Position numbers and translations under genes: made by a program
Origin: Psammoneis japonica
Lineage: Eukaryota
Reading direction: 5' to 3'
NCBI GenBank assembly: GCA_008632985.1
Contig: QPGO01000025.1
Location: forward strand, 310,001-374,000
DNA length: 64,000 bases
Shown: positions 13,167-27,400 of the stretch, piece after piece
Numbering within the stretch: position 1 is the stretch's first letter
Layout of the letters: each line of letters opens with the position of its first letter
The notes under the pieces: model-generated
Told to the model about the DNA's origin: nothing
Databases searched by the model: none
The model's input: the letters and a program-made list of their open reading frames with translations, nothing else

Positions 13167-13725
13167 CGATTGGAATGAAGGTGTTATAATTCATGAAAGC
13201 AAGAATTTGTTTTGCGAGAGCTGAATCGTTGGTGGCTCGTCGCTTTGTTGTAGAGGTGCGTTTATTACTGTACATAAAATAATATTTAGAAGTGTCCATG
13301 GTTGTCTTTCTACTGTTTAGTTTTGACTTTACCTCCTACTGGCATAGAATTAGTTGTTTTTATGGAGCGCTGTTTTCGCTGACTGAAGAAAAGCAAATCA
13401 TCGATACAGCATTGAAATCCAGATTTGCGCGCAGTGCGATGAAACTTAATGTTCATGGCCTGGCTGGTGCAGCAGTGTCGCTAGAAGCTTGTCATCCACT
13501 TCTACCAACACTAGCTAGCTAGTTAGTAACCCCATCTAATGGGGAGGCATGTTGAGTGTGTGAGACGATGTAGCATTCATTTTTCGTTTGAAAATTCTTT
13601 TTAACCTTTCCACACGCACACTTTTTAGTTTCTGTGAAAAAGAGTTCGACATGCCGCAGCAGCACCATTGACTTTTCACCGTCATTGTTCCATGTTGCTG
13701 CTTTTTGGTTCTGTTTTCCAATTTA

Positions 13726-14385
13726 TTACATGGCAAACGGCAGTGCCAAATGGGCACCATAAAAGAGTTTCCACAGATGCACGCAAAACTTGTGCACTTG
13801 TTTGCTGTCATGCAGATCAACATTTTGCGATTCATGTTGCACCGACCATCCCAAAAAGACCGCCGCCACACCCGTCAAGACACGCGCCGCCATGACCACT
13901 TGGGTCGTCACGACCGATGCAAGTTGGAAAAATGCCACACCCGAAGCCAGGAACAAACCGGACAACAAGCAATGCATGGAATGAAAGACACGCTTTTGTC
14001 CAATGCGGGCGGAAAAGGTGCGAATGTTGGATTCTTCATCTCCCTTGACATCGGGCACATCCTTCATGAGAGCAATGACAACGCCAAAGATGGCAAAGAA
14101 GGTGCTGCTCAACAAGCAATGTGGGTCATTGGCCAATGCCTTGAGGACGGTGACACCGGTTTGTCTGAATGCTGTGGCTTGGGCGTGCGCAAAAAAGCCA
14201 GCATTGATCACAGCACCACAGACTGCGACAATGCAAAAGGCCGCAAGAGTGGGAAAACACTTGAGTCGAAAGGGTTCCAAGGAGCAAATGGTCCCCAAAA
14301 TGGCGGACCCCCAGAGGGCAACGTTCAAACCTTGTGTGCCATCCGGCGCGGCGCCTGTCCCCACTCGGGCAAAATGTCGAACCAC
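13726..14385 (-). pseudogene. 5'-truncated homogentisate prenyltransferase (HST/HPT, UbiA family) fragment
   Basis: Motifs SLEPFRLK.FP.LAAFCIVAV.G, IALMKDVPDVKGD and LWKLFY. The N-terminal NQxxDxxxD region is missing, and there are Y->C/H and R->C substitutions. Confidence 0.8.
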
Positions 14386-15129
14386 TCAGTGGTTCACAAC
14401 TTGTGCAACATGAAACTCGCGACTGACACAACAAAGCAGCACCTGCACATGTGCAACCTTTCAGCAGAGTCAAAAAGCCATCGTTGCCAATGCGCGATGT
14501 TGTCAGCAACCACTCGTGCATGAAGCATGGTTGCCATCAAATCACCGTCATGGTTGTTGGCGGTGATTTTGTCACCCCTTAGAAACCACCGTAGAACAGC
14601 ACCAGAAGACATTGTCGAACCACTCAATGGCTCACTGTGTAGACAAGCACCAAGAACCCCGTGGAATTGTTGAACCATGATGTCATTCAGGAGGACGTGT
14701 GCAGAAATCTACGTGCAATTTGCGCCAGTGGGTCAAATGCCAAAATTCACCAGAAAAATGTGGTTCGACGATGAACAAGACGGCAGCAGTGCAGAGACTT
14801 TTAAGAGTGCAGCAAACCACTGAAACAAAGCATGCATGTTGTTAAATGGACTTTGCTGTGTCGACTGATGCAAAGTCATTGTAGATGTCTCTTTGCCTTC
14901 TGCCTTTTTGACCATTGTGCATTGGGTTGTTTTTGGCATGCAGCAAACCACGTGATGGTTCGGGGCAACAGTCGTGCACATCCGTGATTTCGCGCGGCGA
15001 GCCACTGCATGGTTTGCGCTGGGAGTGGGGCCACAATGGGTGCCGGCACCCACAACACAGGCGCTGGCTGACTCCCACTCACGAATTTCATGTGTGAGGC
15101 TGCTGCAGCGAAGCACACACACACAAACA

Positions 15130-17450
15130 TGCGGACACTGATGATGCTTGCCATCACCTCCTCTCACCTCCCACCAAGGCCTTCCATCTGCTCATTCCTT
15201 TCTTTGATCTTGTGCACCAAAGCTCCAACAACTGCTGGTGCCATCGCACCGACTCTGTCTGGGACTCTTTTGTTCAAGAAGAAGGCTTTGCCCAAGGCTG
15301 CCCCCTTGGCCCCATCTTTGCCAGCCTGGTCCTTTCCGTTGTCCACTGCCCACTTGACCAAGAACTCTGCAAACACATCCCTGGCCACTCTCCTGCCTCT
15401 GTTGGCTCTTGCGCTGATGGTGGCATTGATGGTGCACACGCCTTTCTACCTCACTCGACTCTTCCATGGTTCCTTGAACATTTTTCTGCTCTGGGCACTC
15501 CCCATGGCAGCACCCTCAACCTCCGCAAAATGCCAAGATCCTTGCCCCTGTCACTGGAGTCAGTCTTGTGCTGCTCTCTCATGTCTCAATCCTGCAAACA
15601 ATCCCTCCTGCAGCTCAGAGCTCACCTCTGGCATCCACTTCCTTGGCCAGCCCCTTGGCTCTCAAGCACTTGCCAGCTCCTTCCTCTCTGTTGCCTCCTC
15701 CACTCTTTCTGACAAAGTTGGCATGCTCCTTCTTGCCCGCCTTCATGACAAAGAAACACAAGCCCAACTCCTCATCAAACACTGTTTTGCTCCTTCCTCC
15801 ACCCACTTGTTTGGCACCAATTTCTGCCACAACTTTGTCCCTGACAACCCTCCTGACCACTTCTTTGGACCTCTTCCTTTTAAGACTGTCTCTTCCCACT
15901 GCTGCCCATTGATTCCTCCGCCATGCCACCTCCCATGCCATTGCCTTTCTTCCTGCTTCACTTGGCAGCTTTGGCCTTTGAGACCCAACGGCTCTGCTGC
16001 CATCCCCTCCTTTGTGGTTGCTCTCCTCTGTTCACCCTGCTTTGCATCTCATGGTGTTCAACTGCCACTGGCCGTTGGGTGACACCATTGCTCTCTCTCT
16101 CACTGCTTCAGACTGTCTCTGTCCTCCTGGAACAACCTCCACTCAACTCTGCACCTCTGCATGATTTTCTGCCACTGTGCCCCTGCTCTTGCCTCCACTT
16201 CTGCCTTTTCTGCCTCCTCCCTGGTGCTGCTCCAGTCCTCAAGTTGGCCACTCTTCCTGGCCTGGTCCGCTGCCTCCATCATGAGCACCAGCAGCAAGTT
16301 GTTGCTTCTGCTCTTGCTCCCCTCCTGTGTGCAAGTCTCCCTGCCTTTGCTGCTGTCTCCACTCACCAGTCTTCCTCTTCATTCTCCCTTTCCCGTTGCT
16401 TCCAGAGCTGTTGCCTTGCTTCTGATGCCCACATCATTGCCGCCCAATGTGAGCTCCGCCTTCCCATCCTTCCTCCTTCCCTTGGTGGCACACCCTGTCC
16501 CTGTGGCCACATGCCACCCTCAACACATGTGGCAATCATGCCTTCTCTTGTTGTCTGCTCACAAGTCCAAGCTTTCCAATGGTCTCCATGACATCCTCTT
16601 CATCTTAACTCAGACCTTGGACCCCTTGTGCAGCTCTGTCATTCTTCCAATGATGTGCACTTTGAGCCTGCAAACTTGCTCCCCAACCCTTGCTCCTTTG
16701 CCCTGCCAATGGCAGCATTTCCATCCTGCCTCCGCTTCTCTCTCTGCTCCTTCTCAACATCACTGCATTGCAGTTGTGACGACACCACACCCCAAGCTGC
16801 TCCTCACCCTCCTCCTGGTCTGCCTGCTTCCTCTTCTCCTGTTTTAACCAAGGCACACCATTTGAGCACAAGACAGAAGTTTTTTGGCCCTTCCACTTCC
16901 TCTGTTGACGGATCCCTTGTTGTTGCTTCACTCAACAATGACAGCATCTTCCTTTTCCCTTTTGCCATTGATCACCTTGGTGGTCTCAGCTTCTTTGAAC
17001 ACTGATTTTTCTCTTTGGCTCCATGTTCTCCTCTGTCTGCACTCAGCCCAAACCTCCTTGGTCCTCTTCCTCTGACCCATGCCACTCCGTTGCCTCCTGC
17101 TCTGCCTTTCTCTGTGCCTTGTCATCTCCGTCTGCCCTTCTCTTGTCTGGTGATTTCACATGGAATCGTTTTTCCAGTGATCGCTTCGGCAGCACTCATC
17201 GCACTGCCTCTCCTTCTCAATGGGCTGTTCAAACACTTGGCTACAACCTTGTTTGTCATCTTTCCATGTATGCCCTCTGCTTTGCCTCCTCTCTCCCCAC
17301 TCCTTCACACCCCGCTCCCTCTGCCAAACACCCTCTACGTCCTGCGTTCAGCACCCATTCTACTCTGCCGTTACTGCAGCTACTTCCGTGCCTCCTTCCA
17401 CTGTTCCCTTCTGCTCTCCATGGGCTCTTTAACTCTGTACTTAGTTGAAA
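15130..17450 (+). mobile_element. 5'-truncated degenerate non-LTR retrotransposon (CRE-like: RT plus CCHC/restriction-like endonuclease region)
   Basis: QEEGFAQGCPLGPIFASLVL (RT domain 4) at ~15270, CPCG...H...C at ~16495 and PFAIDHLGG at ~16960, on a strongly C/T-rich sense strand. Confidence 0.7.
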
Positions 17451-18435
17451 AGGTTGTGCATCGATCTTTTACCCTCTAGCTAGAGTCTTGCTGTACCACA
17501 GGCCCTACGATCATGGATGGGGGTCCACTGCTGTGGTGTTCGGGGATGGGGCCTACGACACGATTTGACTTTGTTTCTAGCTCTTTCTACTTCAAGACCC
17601 CGTCCAAACGGGATCGTACTTGAGTAAAGTGCCATCGTACTGGAGTACTGAGTTTGGCCTGAAACAGCTCTTTTCGATCTATTATGTTTTGTTACGATCT
17701 TTTTTCGACGGGGTCTAGTGATAAGAAAAAGTAGAAGGAAGCGAACTGTGACGTTGCAAACAAGCAATGCTCGACAGCAACACCATGCTTTGGGAAAACA
17801 ACGATGGAAGGCAACGTCGAATACCTAGAGGCGAAAACTCAAGGCCTTATATTCGTCAGGATTGAAACGAGAATTCTCGGATGATCTGTTGATGTGATAA
17901 CAAGCTCTCGAACAACTACCACACGCGGAAATGCATGCTACCCAATTCCTGCACTGGGCTCGGCTTGTTGGGTCTACCGTATGTCGAGATTATCTGAGAG
18001 CGAGACGGCGACGACTTGCAAGCACAATGGTCTGGCTTTCAGCCCCCGGCGACGTGTTGCACTTTCAGAATAGCGTCCGTCTTTGTCTGGTGCGGTCTCC
18101 TTGCCAGGTTGAACCGGGTCAGTGGCCTTGTTGATCGTCTCATCTTTGCCATCGAGATCCGACGGATCATTGTTGAAGTTAGCATAATTGCCCGTGTTGA
18201 CGGATCCCAGCATTGAAAATTGAAGGGGAGTAGTCGGGCAACAATCCTGAGACAAGCAAAGGGGAAGATGCGTTTCCTCTGTCGAAAATGGGTCACAGTA
18301 TCGAGACCGTCAGAAGCGCTTCTGGCCTGGCAGTCTATTCCCGTTCATTCTCGGGAAATGCATGTCTTTTTGCCTCTGGTAGAAATAGAGGAATACTCAA
18401 GAGACTCGGAGAAATATAGACGTCGTTGTCGAACG

Positions 18436-21400
18436 CTACGAATTGCTATCGTCTGTTGTTGATACTTGCGACTTTCGTACCCCAACATAGATTTGAATCT
18501 GGGCTCGCTCCCAAGCTTGTGATTCTTCATTTGTCATTTGCTCAATGTCCTTTTCGCCAATGCTGGAAAGTGACATTGGTTTCCCTTGCACCGAAACCAT
18601 GGTTTGATGAAAGTATCGATTGATCCGTCACTGGATGGATTTCCGTACTGCTCCCATGTCAAGGGACAACCCCACAAGACTTTCCAATCAAAGGCATTTG
18701 CCAATTCTTGAAAGAATAATCTTTCCAGATCAGGCTTTCTCCACCGAACAGACAAAATGACTCGGCCTCGTGTTGGGTGTGAATGCCGTTGAATCGTGGT
18801 AATCAAGCTCGGCATTGAAGAAATGTCGCACAAGAGATCTGAACCGACTGTCAAATCAAAAGGCTCTTGTAGTGCAGTGGCAGTGTCTTCTCCCCACTCC
18901 AAAACTTGCGTGTCAACTGTGACATTTGCTGGAATCAAATGCTTGTTTTGCGGTGCATTGCATTCCAGCAGAGAAAGAGCCGGCACACAATCCGTCAACA
19001 CCACGGTTGCGGGTTCTTCTCGTGCCAATGTGATTGCTGCACAAAGACCGACAAGTCCCAGCCCAGATCCAAGCTCCAAACCACGTTTCGATGAAGCATG
19101 AGGACGATGTTCGTCGAGATACCGAACGAGTTCCAGACCTGCTGGCCATGCCATGGCAAAAGTACCGTCGCAGTTGCCTTCATCCTGTGTGCTACCGGCA
19201 GATCGGCCCTGCGGAGATTCTTTGCTGTCATGAGCAGTTAATTCAGTATGAAGATGAATTTCTTTCCTTGACTCGTCTAGAGACACAATTTTTATTGTGT
19301 TGCTCTCGTCAGCGTTGTCTTCTGCATCCCCTTCAATTCAACTCAATTCTTAAAAATTACACAGCCAAGTGCGGCTGCTGCCTGGGGCTTGAATGCGCCT
19401 GAGAGTCCTTTCAATCCACAACTGTGGACAGGTTCAGAACGTCAATGCAAAACAAAACACATGCAGCACCGCATTTGTAGTTGTGGGCGGTGATCGGCAA
19501 CCTGGCTCCATGCAGCCCAGACAGTTGTCGATGGTGACACAGAAGCGTGTCGTTGTTTTCGCACCCGGACTGCTTCGATCCAGTTGCGCTTGAAATCCGT
19601 GGTTTCTGCCTGGACTTCCTCCATGGATTGGGTGAACCACCTTGTGAGGTGGGGAGAGGTTTTGGGTGAGTTTGAGTGGGGAGGCGAATTCCTCCTCAAT
19701 CTTGTCATCCAGGAAGCTGTTGATTCTGAGTTGTGTTTCCGAGTTGTCCCGAGCAGCAGCACGCATGCGTTGTCGCCACACATCCCAAGAAATGTCCCAC
19801 AGCTGTTGTATTGCTCCCGACAGCCAGCGGAGTCCGGTGTTCTTTCTATCCAAAAAGTCGTAATGCGCCTGTTGTGCTGCGGCCCAGTCTTCGGCCATGA
19901 AGCCGCGAGAGAGAGCTTGACCGCCGAGAGCATCCTGGGCGAACAATGCCGCACCCACGAGTTCATTGTCTGAGAGCCTTGGTCCTTGTGGCAATCCATC
20001 ATGCCACTCTCGAAGAAGTTGCAGAATTCCTCGCTTGATGTCGGGTTGCGTGTGATGTTTGTTGAGCCAGTCTTCGAGGTCGCCCAGTCGATGTTCCCAC
20101 AGCTCAAGCGCTTCGTACGATTTGCAGCGGAGCACGTGGTCAATTCCCTTCTCCGGTTCTCCGCAGCGTGGGCATGCATTGCTTTCGATGCGTCCCCACT
20201 CGTGCAATGTGTGGTTCGTTCTCACATGGTCGGCAGACCATTTCGGCTGCCACAGACGACGGAAAGTGGGGCACCGTTGCATCGCTTTACCCAGAGCCTT
20301 CCAGTCAATCGTGGCATGTCCTGGCTCAGTGCCAAGTTTCTTCTCCCAGTGCCGCTCTGCTGGTGGGCCGCAGATGTGATCCGTGATGATGGTTTTGTCC
20401 CACGTTGTAAGAAGCTTGCCATTTAGCTTTACGCTCCAAATTTTTTGTTCTGTCTGGAATGGAGCTGGGTCGTCATTGGACTTCAGAGCCTCCCAGCACG
20501 CCTTTGCGAGAAGGTCCATTTCTGCGTTGAGAACCTCCAGGCAGCCAAGTTCGCCAAGAGGCACATGTCGGTCTTTGTGCCCTGCAATCTCAGCCGGGAC
20601 AACAGCAACAGGAATTTGTTGGATCATTTGTCGAATTGGGTGGATGAGGTCGTAGTTGGTTTGTTTCGGGTCATCGTAGCTGTTGTAAAAACATGCAGTG
20701 ATCGCCAAGTCGCAATCGCAACCCAGCACAATTTTGCCTTGCGTGATGTTGTGTGCTTGACACATTTGGAGAATTCGTTCAAGCAGCCCGTAGATCCCCC
20801 CCAGTTCGCTTCGACAAGCTGCAAGATCGCTGATGTTGCCTGGTGTTTGGTTGACCCCTCGGCAGCGCAAGGAGTGTCCTTCTTCCGGCACTAAAATCAT
20901 GGCTGCTGTGGCGAGATCATCTTTGTAGGACCCGTCCGCAACGCTGATGGCTGTGCCTTGACGCATCCCCATTGTGAGCGCATCGTCTGGTGGTTGGAGG
21001 CTGCAGTGAATGAATGCCCACGAGTCTGGTGTCTTGTCTTCTGCAATGATGTCGTAGTCGGCAGTGCCAGCAGGTAGAACCTTGCCCCCCACACGTTGAA
21101 TCTGAGTTGGTTTGACGTCTTCAGGAAGTTCGGCAGCACAGCTTGTGAAGTGGCACAGCGGTTGTCGTTTCCTTCTGCTGTGTGGCACTCTTGAGTGGAC
21201 TTCAATGCCTTCTTCGCCTGTGCAGCACACCCTGTCGTCGTACTCCGAGAAGCTCCAAGAAGATGCCGGTTTTGAATCCATTTCCCAAGGCGTCTGCGCA
21301 GTTTCAGATGTTGGTTTCTTCCGACTGCTAAATGGCTCGATGCCAGCGCCTCTTGCCATGCGTTCCAGCATGTTTTGGAGGGACACCCGGCACGTGGCCA

Positions 21401-24400
21401 TTTGCAGTGTGTTTGGCATTGTGCTTCTCCGTTCCAGCAAGCCGGGAGGATTCTAGTTCCGTCGCCAGAGGTGATGTCTGAGATGGTGGTGGCTTGAATC
21501 CACATCCTGCAGATGTTCAGTTTCCTGAGTTTTTCGCCTCTGTAGCCGTGACTTGCAAAGATGCTCACAAGGAACGTATCTCCTACACGGTGTGGTGCAA
21601 GTGACGTTGTGGGTGAGAGCAGTTCGATGTCGCACCTGCAGCAAAATTCCCACGACGATTTTATCCAGGACTTTGTGGCTGGCAGCCCGAGTTGCTTGAA
21701 GTTCTGCAGAAAGAGCTGGCCATTCTGTCCGAGTTCCAGCAGCGTAAGTTCGTAGATGAGTTGCATTTCCTTGCCCGTCATTGATGGAGAGTCCATCTGC
21801 TGAAGGAATGCTTCTGGCTTCGCCAACCCTTGTTCTGCACCAGTTCGGGGATTCCCAACCCGTTGAACTTCGGCGGTGCGTGGAGAACATCCTTCGGAAA
21901 CGTTCGTGGGCAGCCCAAAGCTGGTGGAGCGACGTTGAAAAGTGCAGTTTCAACTTGTGAGCATTCCTTCTTGGTCAGGGATGTGGCTGCTGGTGGATGT
22001 TCGATTCCTTTCACAATGCCACCTCGCAAAGACAACCACGACTCCGTTCTGTTGAGGTGCCCACTTCGAATCTGATCTGCCCATTTGTTCACTTTGTCGG
22101 ACAGTGCTCGGACCTGAGCCTCTGAATTGCCATCCAATGCTGACCACACACCTGGGGTCTCCCTTGCCTCTGTTGCTTCGAGCCTCTTGACAGTGACCCG
22201 CTTCCCTTCGTGGTCAAGTGGTGACACATCCCCTGGTGTTTCTGCTGTCGTTTGGCATCTCCATCTGTCTCTTTCCCACGCGAACGAGGCAAGGGACCAG
22301 AAGCTTTTCTCTGGGACTAGCGCGCCGCCTGTTGCACGAATGCCTCCTTCCCAACAGTCTGTCACATCTTGCATTCCCGTGACAATCGTTTCGCAGGTGG
22401 CGTTCCCATCAGTGGACGTGCAAGGAAGATCTGTGTCATCTGCGAAAGTGCAGCAGACACAATGGAAGGTCTCTCTTGTAACCGGTGTTGTCGCGCGGAT
22501 GCCGAAACCCTCTTTTCGCAGCATTTCAATAACCTGGCTGCTTGCCAAGAGCCAGATACCTGGTGCTGCCCCATGACCTTGAAATGTTCCTTGGAACGGG
22601 ATTTCGAGAGCTGCGTGAGGGGCCTCTGAGTCTCCGCATGCTGTTCTGATGCAGTGCTGTGCTTGTTGGAGGGTGCTGAGCATCACAAAGGTTTCGTCCT
22701 CGCCTGCGCCATGTTTCCTCATGCAGATAGAGGCAATGGCATGTAAGATCCTGTTGCAGCACGATTTGGCGTCGGTGCTGTTGATTGCTCCGGGGATGTG
22801 GAGCATGCGCATCATGTCGTTTGTTGGGACCTTGTTGAGAGCGCAGTGGATTGCTCTGTGCCGTTTCCTGCTGCCATGTGCTTCCCAAGGAACAGCCTTG
22901 TAAGTTTCAGCGTGGTTGATCAGATTGCGCATGTGGCATTTGTTGACCTGATTGTACATTGCGTCGAAGAGGACGACAATTCTTAGCTTCTTCACATGTG
23001 AGGAGTCACTTTTCTTTGGGATCATCACATCCACTGCTTTAGTCCAGCATTTGGGTGCGCAACCGTGCTTAGCTGGGATGGCCGCCATGCAAGAATCGAG
23101 TTCCGACACGATTTCGTCTTGTGTTCCCGCTTTGTAATCTGCAAAGGAGGGGCCAAATGGACTGCTTGACGTGTGTGCCCGCATTTTCCTCCATCCGTTC
23201 ACATGCTCCTTCGTGCTGTAGTCCAGTTCCAAAGGTGGAATGCGGTCGTCGACTTGTTTCAGTTGTGCAATGAACTTCGCGTGCAGTCGTCGACGCCTGG
23301 TGGAATCTTGTACGTGCCGTCAAGGACCTGTTTTGCTGCTCTTGTGTCGGACAGGCATCCGAAGTCACGCACCAAAGGTTTCTGCACAAATGGAACGTTC
23401 GATCCTTCGGTGAATGTTTGACTGAACCTTTCAGTGCCTTCTCGTCCACACACTCGCTCCATGCCATTCTCAGTGGAGAAGTCCTTTTCCTTGCCGTCGC
23501 GTCCTGTTGCTTGAACTGTTTGCAGGGCCAACCGTGCCTTCCCTGTGACCTGTTTGATTCGTCTGAACGCTTTGGTTTGCCGGCAGCTGTGGCGGATAAG
23601 TTTCTCCTCGTGCTCTGCAGTTGTGTCATTTTCTTCAGCTCTCTTTGCGCACCGTGTTTTGAATTCATCCTGTCGGAGTTTGGCGGCGTCCTTTTTTAGC
23701 CTGCAGTGCCTTTTCATCGCTTGTTTGTGTTCCTGTTGAATGTGGTTCGAGGCAACAGACAGAGCATCCATGCGTCCTGTGTGTTTCATGCGGCGGTGCA
23801 TCGTTGACATGCTAACACGGCGCCACTGTCGGAGCTTGTAAATTGGGCGCCACAGGTGGATTTCCTTTCTGGCTTTGTTGATTTTGTCGGAGGATTCCAC
23901 CTCGTTCATGCACAGTTTGCGGCACTTGGTTTTGGACTTTTGGCGCAGTTTATGATTCCTCTCGAAAAGTTCTTCGTAGTCTTGTTGGAGAGCCGGTGGG
24001 AAGTCCTCGGAGTTCTCAAGTTCAATCGCTCGACGCAGCATGCCATCCTGACGGATCTGAGTTGCTGTTGGTTTGTTGCATTTTTCAATTGCTTTTGGCT
24101 CTTTCAGTTGGCCAGCCAGTCTGTCGGGGTTGATGTCGGACAGCTTCGGTGGAGTGCATCCCAGTGCGCTTGACTTGATGATGTCAATCCAGATGATCCG
24201 GTGGTCCGAGGTGCAGTCGAAATCGCCAAAACCTGACATTCCTGCTTTGCTGATTTCCAGTGAAGGTGAGATGAGAACCGTGTCAATTTGAATTTCTGAA
24301 TGGTTTTTGTCGCAAGCAGCCACTGGTTCGAGTGTCGGGTGTGCCATTTCGAGTGCGTCGATCAGGTTTAAAGAGCGCATCCATGATCTAAAAGGGGCCG

Positions 24401-27400
24401 AGTGAACGTTTTCGTTGAAGTCTCCTCCCAGGACAATCAGGTCTCCCTCCGTCTGCCACTTCTTGATTTCCTTGCCGAGGTCCGAGAGTGGCGCGTCTCG
24501 TGGGCACCGATCGTCGCCTGTTGATCTGAGAAATGTCTCTTGTTGGGAGCAGACTCTTCCTGGATTTCCTCCTTTGTCTGGTGCGGGGGGCGGCAGGTCG
24601 AGATGAACCTTGTGTAGATGCCTGTTTTGCCTCGTAACTTGATCCACGTCCAGCGGCCTAGTCCTGCAGGGTCTGTTCCTTTGGCAATCAGGTGATGGTT
24701 GACATTGCGAGTCAGGAGCTGTCCGACGCCTCCACATTGTCTTTTGTTCTCCGTGGAGCAGTGTTCGTTGGTGGCTGACATGGAGCTTCCGCCTTTCAGA
24801 TTCCTCCATCTGTCTTTCCACTGTTCATGTTTTGGCAATCTGGAGAAGTTGAGGTTTACTTCGCTGATCCCCATGTGATCGGCTGGTTGTCAGAGATCCA
24901 GTCAAGAATGCCCTTGTGTTTGTCTGTCCCACTGAGGTCAACCGGAAGGCAACCCACGTTGTGGAATGCAACTCGGATGTTGTTTTTCTTTTTCAGCAAC
25001 GCGGAGTCCCCCACCTCTCATTGGTTTGTCGACTTGGTGTTCCTTGTTTAACGTCCTCCTTGGGCAGGCGTCGATGGGCCTGCCGAGGACGACACAGACT
25101 GTTCGTGTCGTCCAGCCTCCGTGGCCAAGAGACTGGTTGCTGATTGTGCACCACCTTCGTCGTTAAGGTGGTGTGCCACATCGTTTTCGTTGCGTTCTTT
25201 CTCAAGCTGCTGGCGCAACTCCTCCACTTCGATTGGGAGTTTGTCGTTGACTTCAACAGATTTCTGAAGCTTTGCTCGAGTTGATTCGGTGGTCTCAATG
25301 GACGCGTCGTCCTTCTCACACTCGTGCAATTCTTCCAGGTTCTCGTTGTCGAAGAGAACTGTCTTGTTGGCTTTAGAGTGCTGAGCATCGTCGCTTTTGT
25401 CTCGAAGCATTCCTGTCGATCCAATGTCATCGGCTTGTGCGAGGCGTTCTGCTGCCTCTTTTGCTGGTGAAGGTGCCTTTTTGGATGGTGAGGCCGGCAG
25501 TTTCTTGGGCGACTTGGATTTAGATGTGCTCCTTTTTTCTTTGGCATTCAATCCGCCCTTTGCTTTCTTTTGCGCTTGCCAATCGTCCTCCATGCCCCAA
25601 GGGTCGTCTTCGACAATTTCTTTGATCTTGTTGCTCTGGGCAGAGGTGGTGTTCCTGCACCGGGTTGCAGACGGTGTTTTCGTAGACCGAGATGCCGAGC
25701 GAGGTGAACCAGAAGGCTGCGTCCGGTCCGAAGTGATGAAGGACCTCGGGAATGAGGTTGTTGATGGTGCTCATCGCTTTCTTAAAGTTCTTCTTAGGGA
25801 AGGTGATGACGCACTCATTTTCCCTGTTCCACTTGTGGTCGACATGATGAAACAATGGAGTCATCTTGGGGATGTTTGATGTGGGGTCTTGAACGCGTTT
25901 CCTCATTGAGAATGCTCGCAGGGTCGTTGGAGGGTTCCTGGATTTCCGGATCACATCGAGATTGGCAATGAAATTGAAGTCCGTTTGGCTCAATGCGTTG
26001 TTGCAGAAGCAGTGTTGGCGCTGTGCAAGTTCATCGACAAACTCGCGGATGTCATCCGGAGCGTTTTGCATGGTTGGCGAGGAGCAGCAGGGGACGCAGC
26101 GGAGTTGTAGACCAAGAATGCGTTTGGGTGCTCCGACCCGCCACAACTTTTGGCTGCCACTTTGACTTGGTGGGCCAGTTGACGTCAACGACAAGGTGAA
26201 GGGCCTCGGGGTTCTTCTTTGGATCTTTCTTGTCGAAGGTGGGGCGGCGTCCGGTTGGCAGTGCGACAGATCGCCATTGAAGTCCGAGGCAGTCGCGCTT
26301 GAACTCGAGGCCGAGGTGCTTCCGAATGGTGCAGTGCAATGTTTTTTCGCTCATTGTCTTGGTGCTCACACATGGCCATCCAACATTCCGATGGGTGGAC
26401 TGACATGGAAGTGGGTTGCGACCAACATTGAATTGTCCTTCTTCGATGTCTTCGAAGGCGCCAAGAAGCCTTTCTCCGCACTTCCTTTCAGCTGCGGTGT
26501 CGCAATCAATTTCTCCGTCGTTGGGGTCTCGCACCGCAATAAAACGGATTTGAGCGTAGGTTTTGTGCTCTTGATTGGCTTGTGGTGCGAGGCAGTCGAC
26601 ACCAATGAAGGAGCTGATGGTTTCTCTGTCTTGTGCTTTGCCTTCCGGCAATCATCGCCGTCTCTCCAGGCACCAAAGGCATCCTCGAGTTCTGGATCCC
26701 ATGTGCCGATCATCACTTTGTCGCCAAGGACGTCTCTGACAATGTCGACTGCTTTGCGGATTACAGTGGAGATTGTTTTGAGGGGTTTTTTGGAAGGTGG
26801 GATGGCAATGAATGCGTTGCATCGAATGTCTGTGCAATGAAATCCGCTTTGCATGTTTTCATCCGGGGCTTCTTCGTCTTCCTCCACATCTTCCATTGAT
26901 TGATCTTCTTTGGCGGCTTCAGATTCAGTGCCGAAAAGATTTTTTGTGGTGTCGTCGAAATTGTCGTCGTCTTCATCGGAGTTGTCAACATGGTTTCTGC
27001 TCGTGAGACCGAGGTTGTCCGTCATGTCCTTCGGTTTTGTCGTTTCTCCTTGCAGCTCTGGGTCGGGATGGTCCGGGAGGAATCTGCTCTGATCTTCCTC
27101 TTCGATTGGTTCTTGCATGTGGTCGCTTTCATTAATGATTTCGTCATTTGGGGTAATCTTGTTGTCTGCCTCGAGAAGTCCTTGGCTTCTTGTGTTAGGA
27201 CGACCGTCGGCATTTTTTGGAGTCGCGCAAGGGGGTTCTTTCTTACGCGAGTTTTGTGTAGAGTTTGTACTGGACAGTGGCGGGCATTGGCTGGAATGGT
27301 CATCGTCCGTTTCTTTGAGGTTGTCAATGGAATTCGTTGCCGCCACTTGACCATCTTGTCCTTTGCCTTGTTTCTTTTTCATGCCTTTCCTTGGTGAAGT

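Noticed and set aside
17480..18400. Short ORFs in the unique-looking interval
   Set aside because: No domain or splice evidence.
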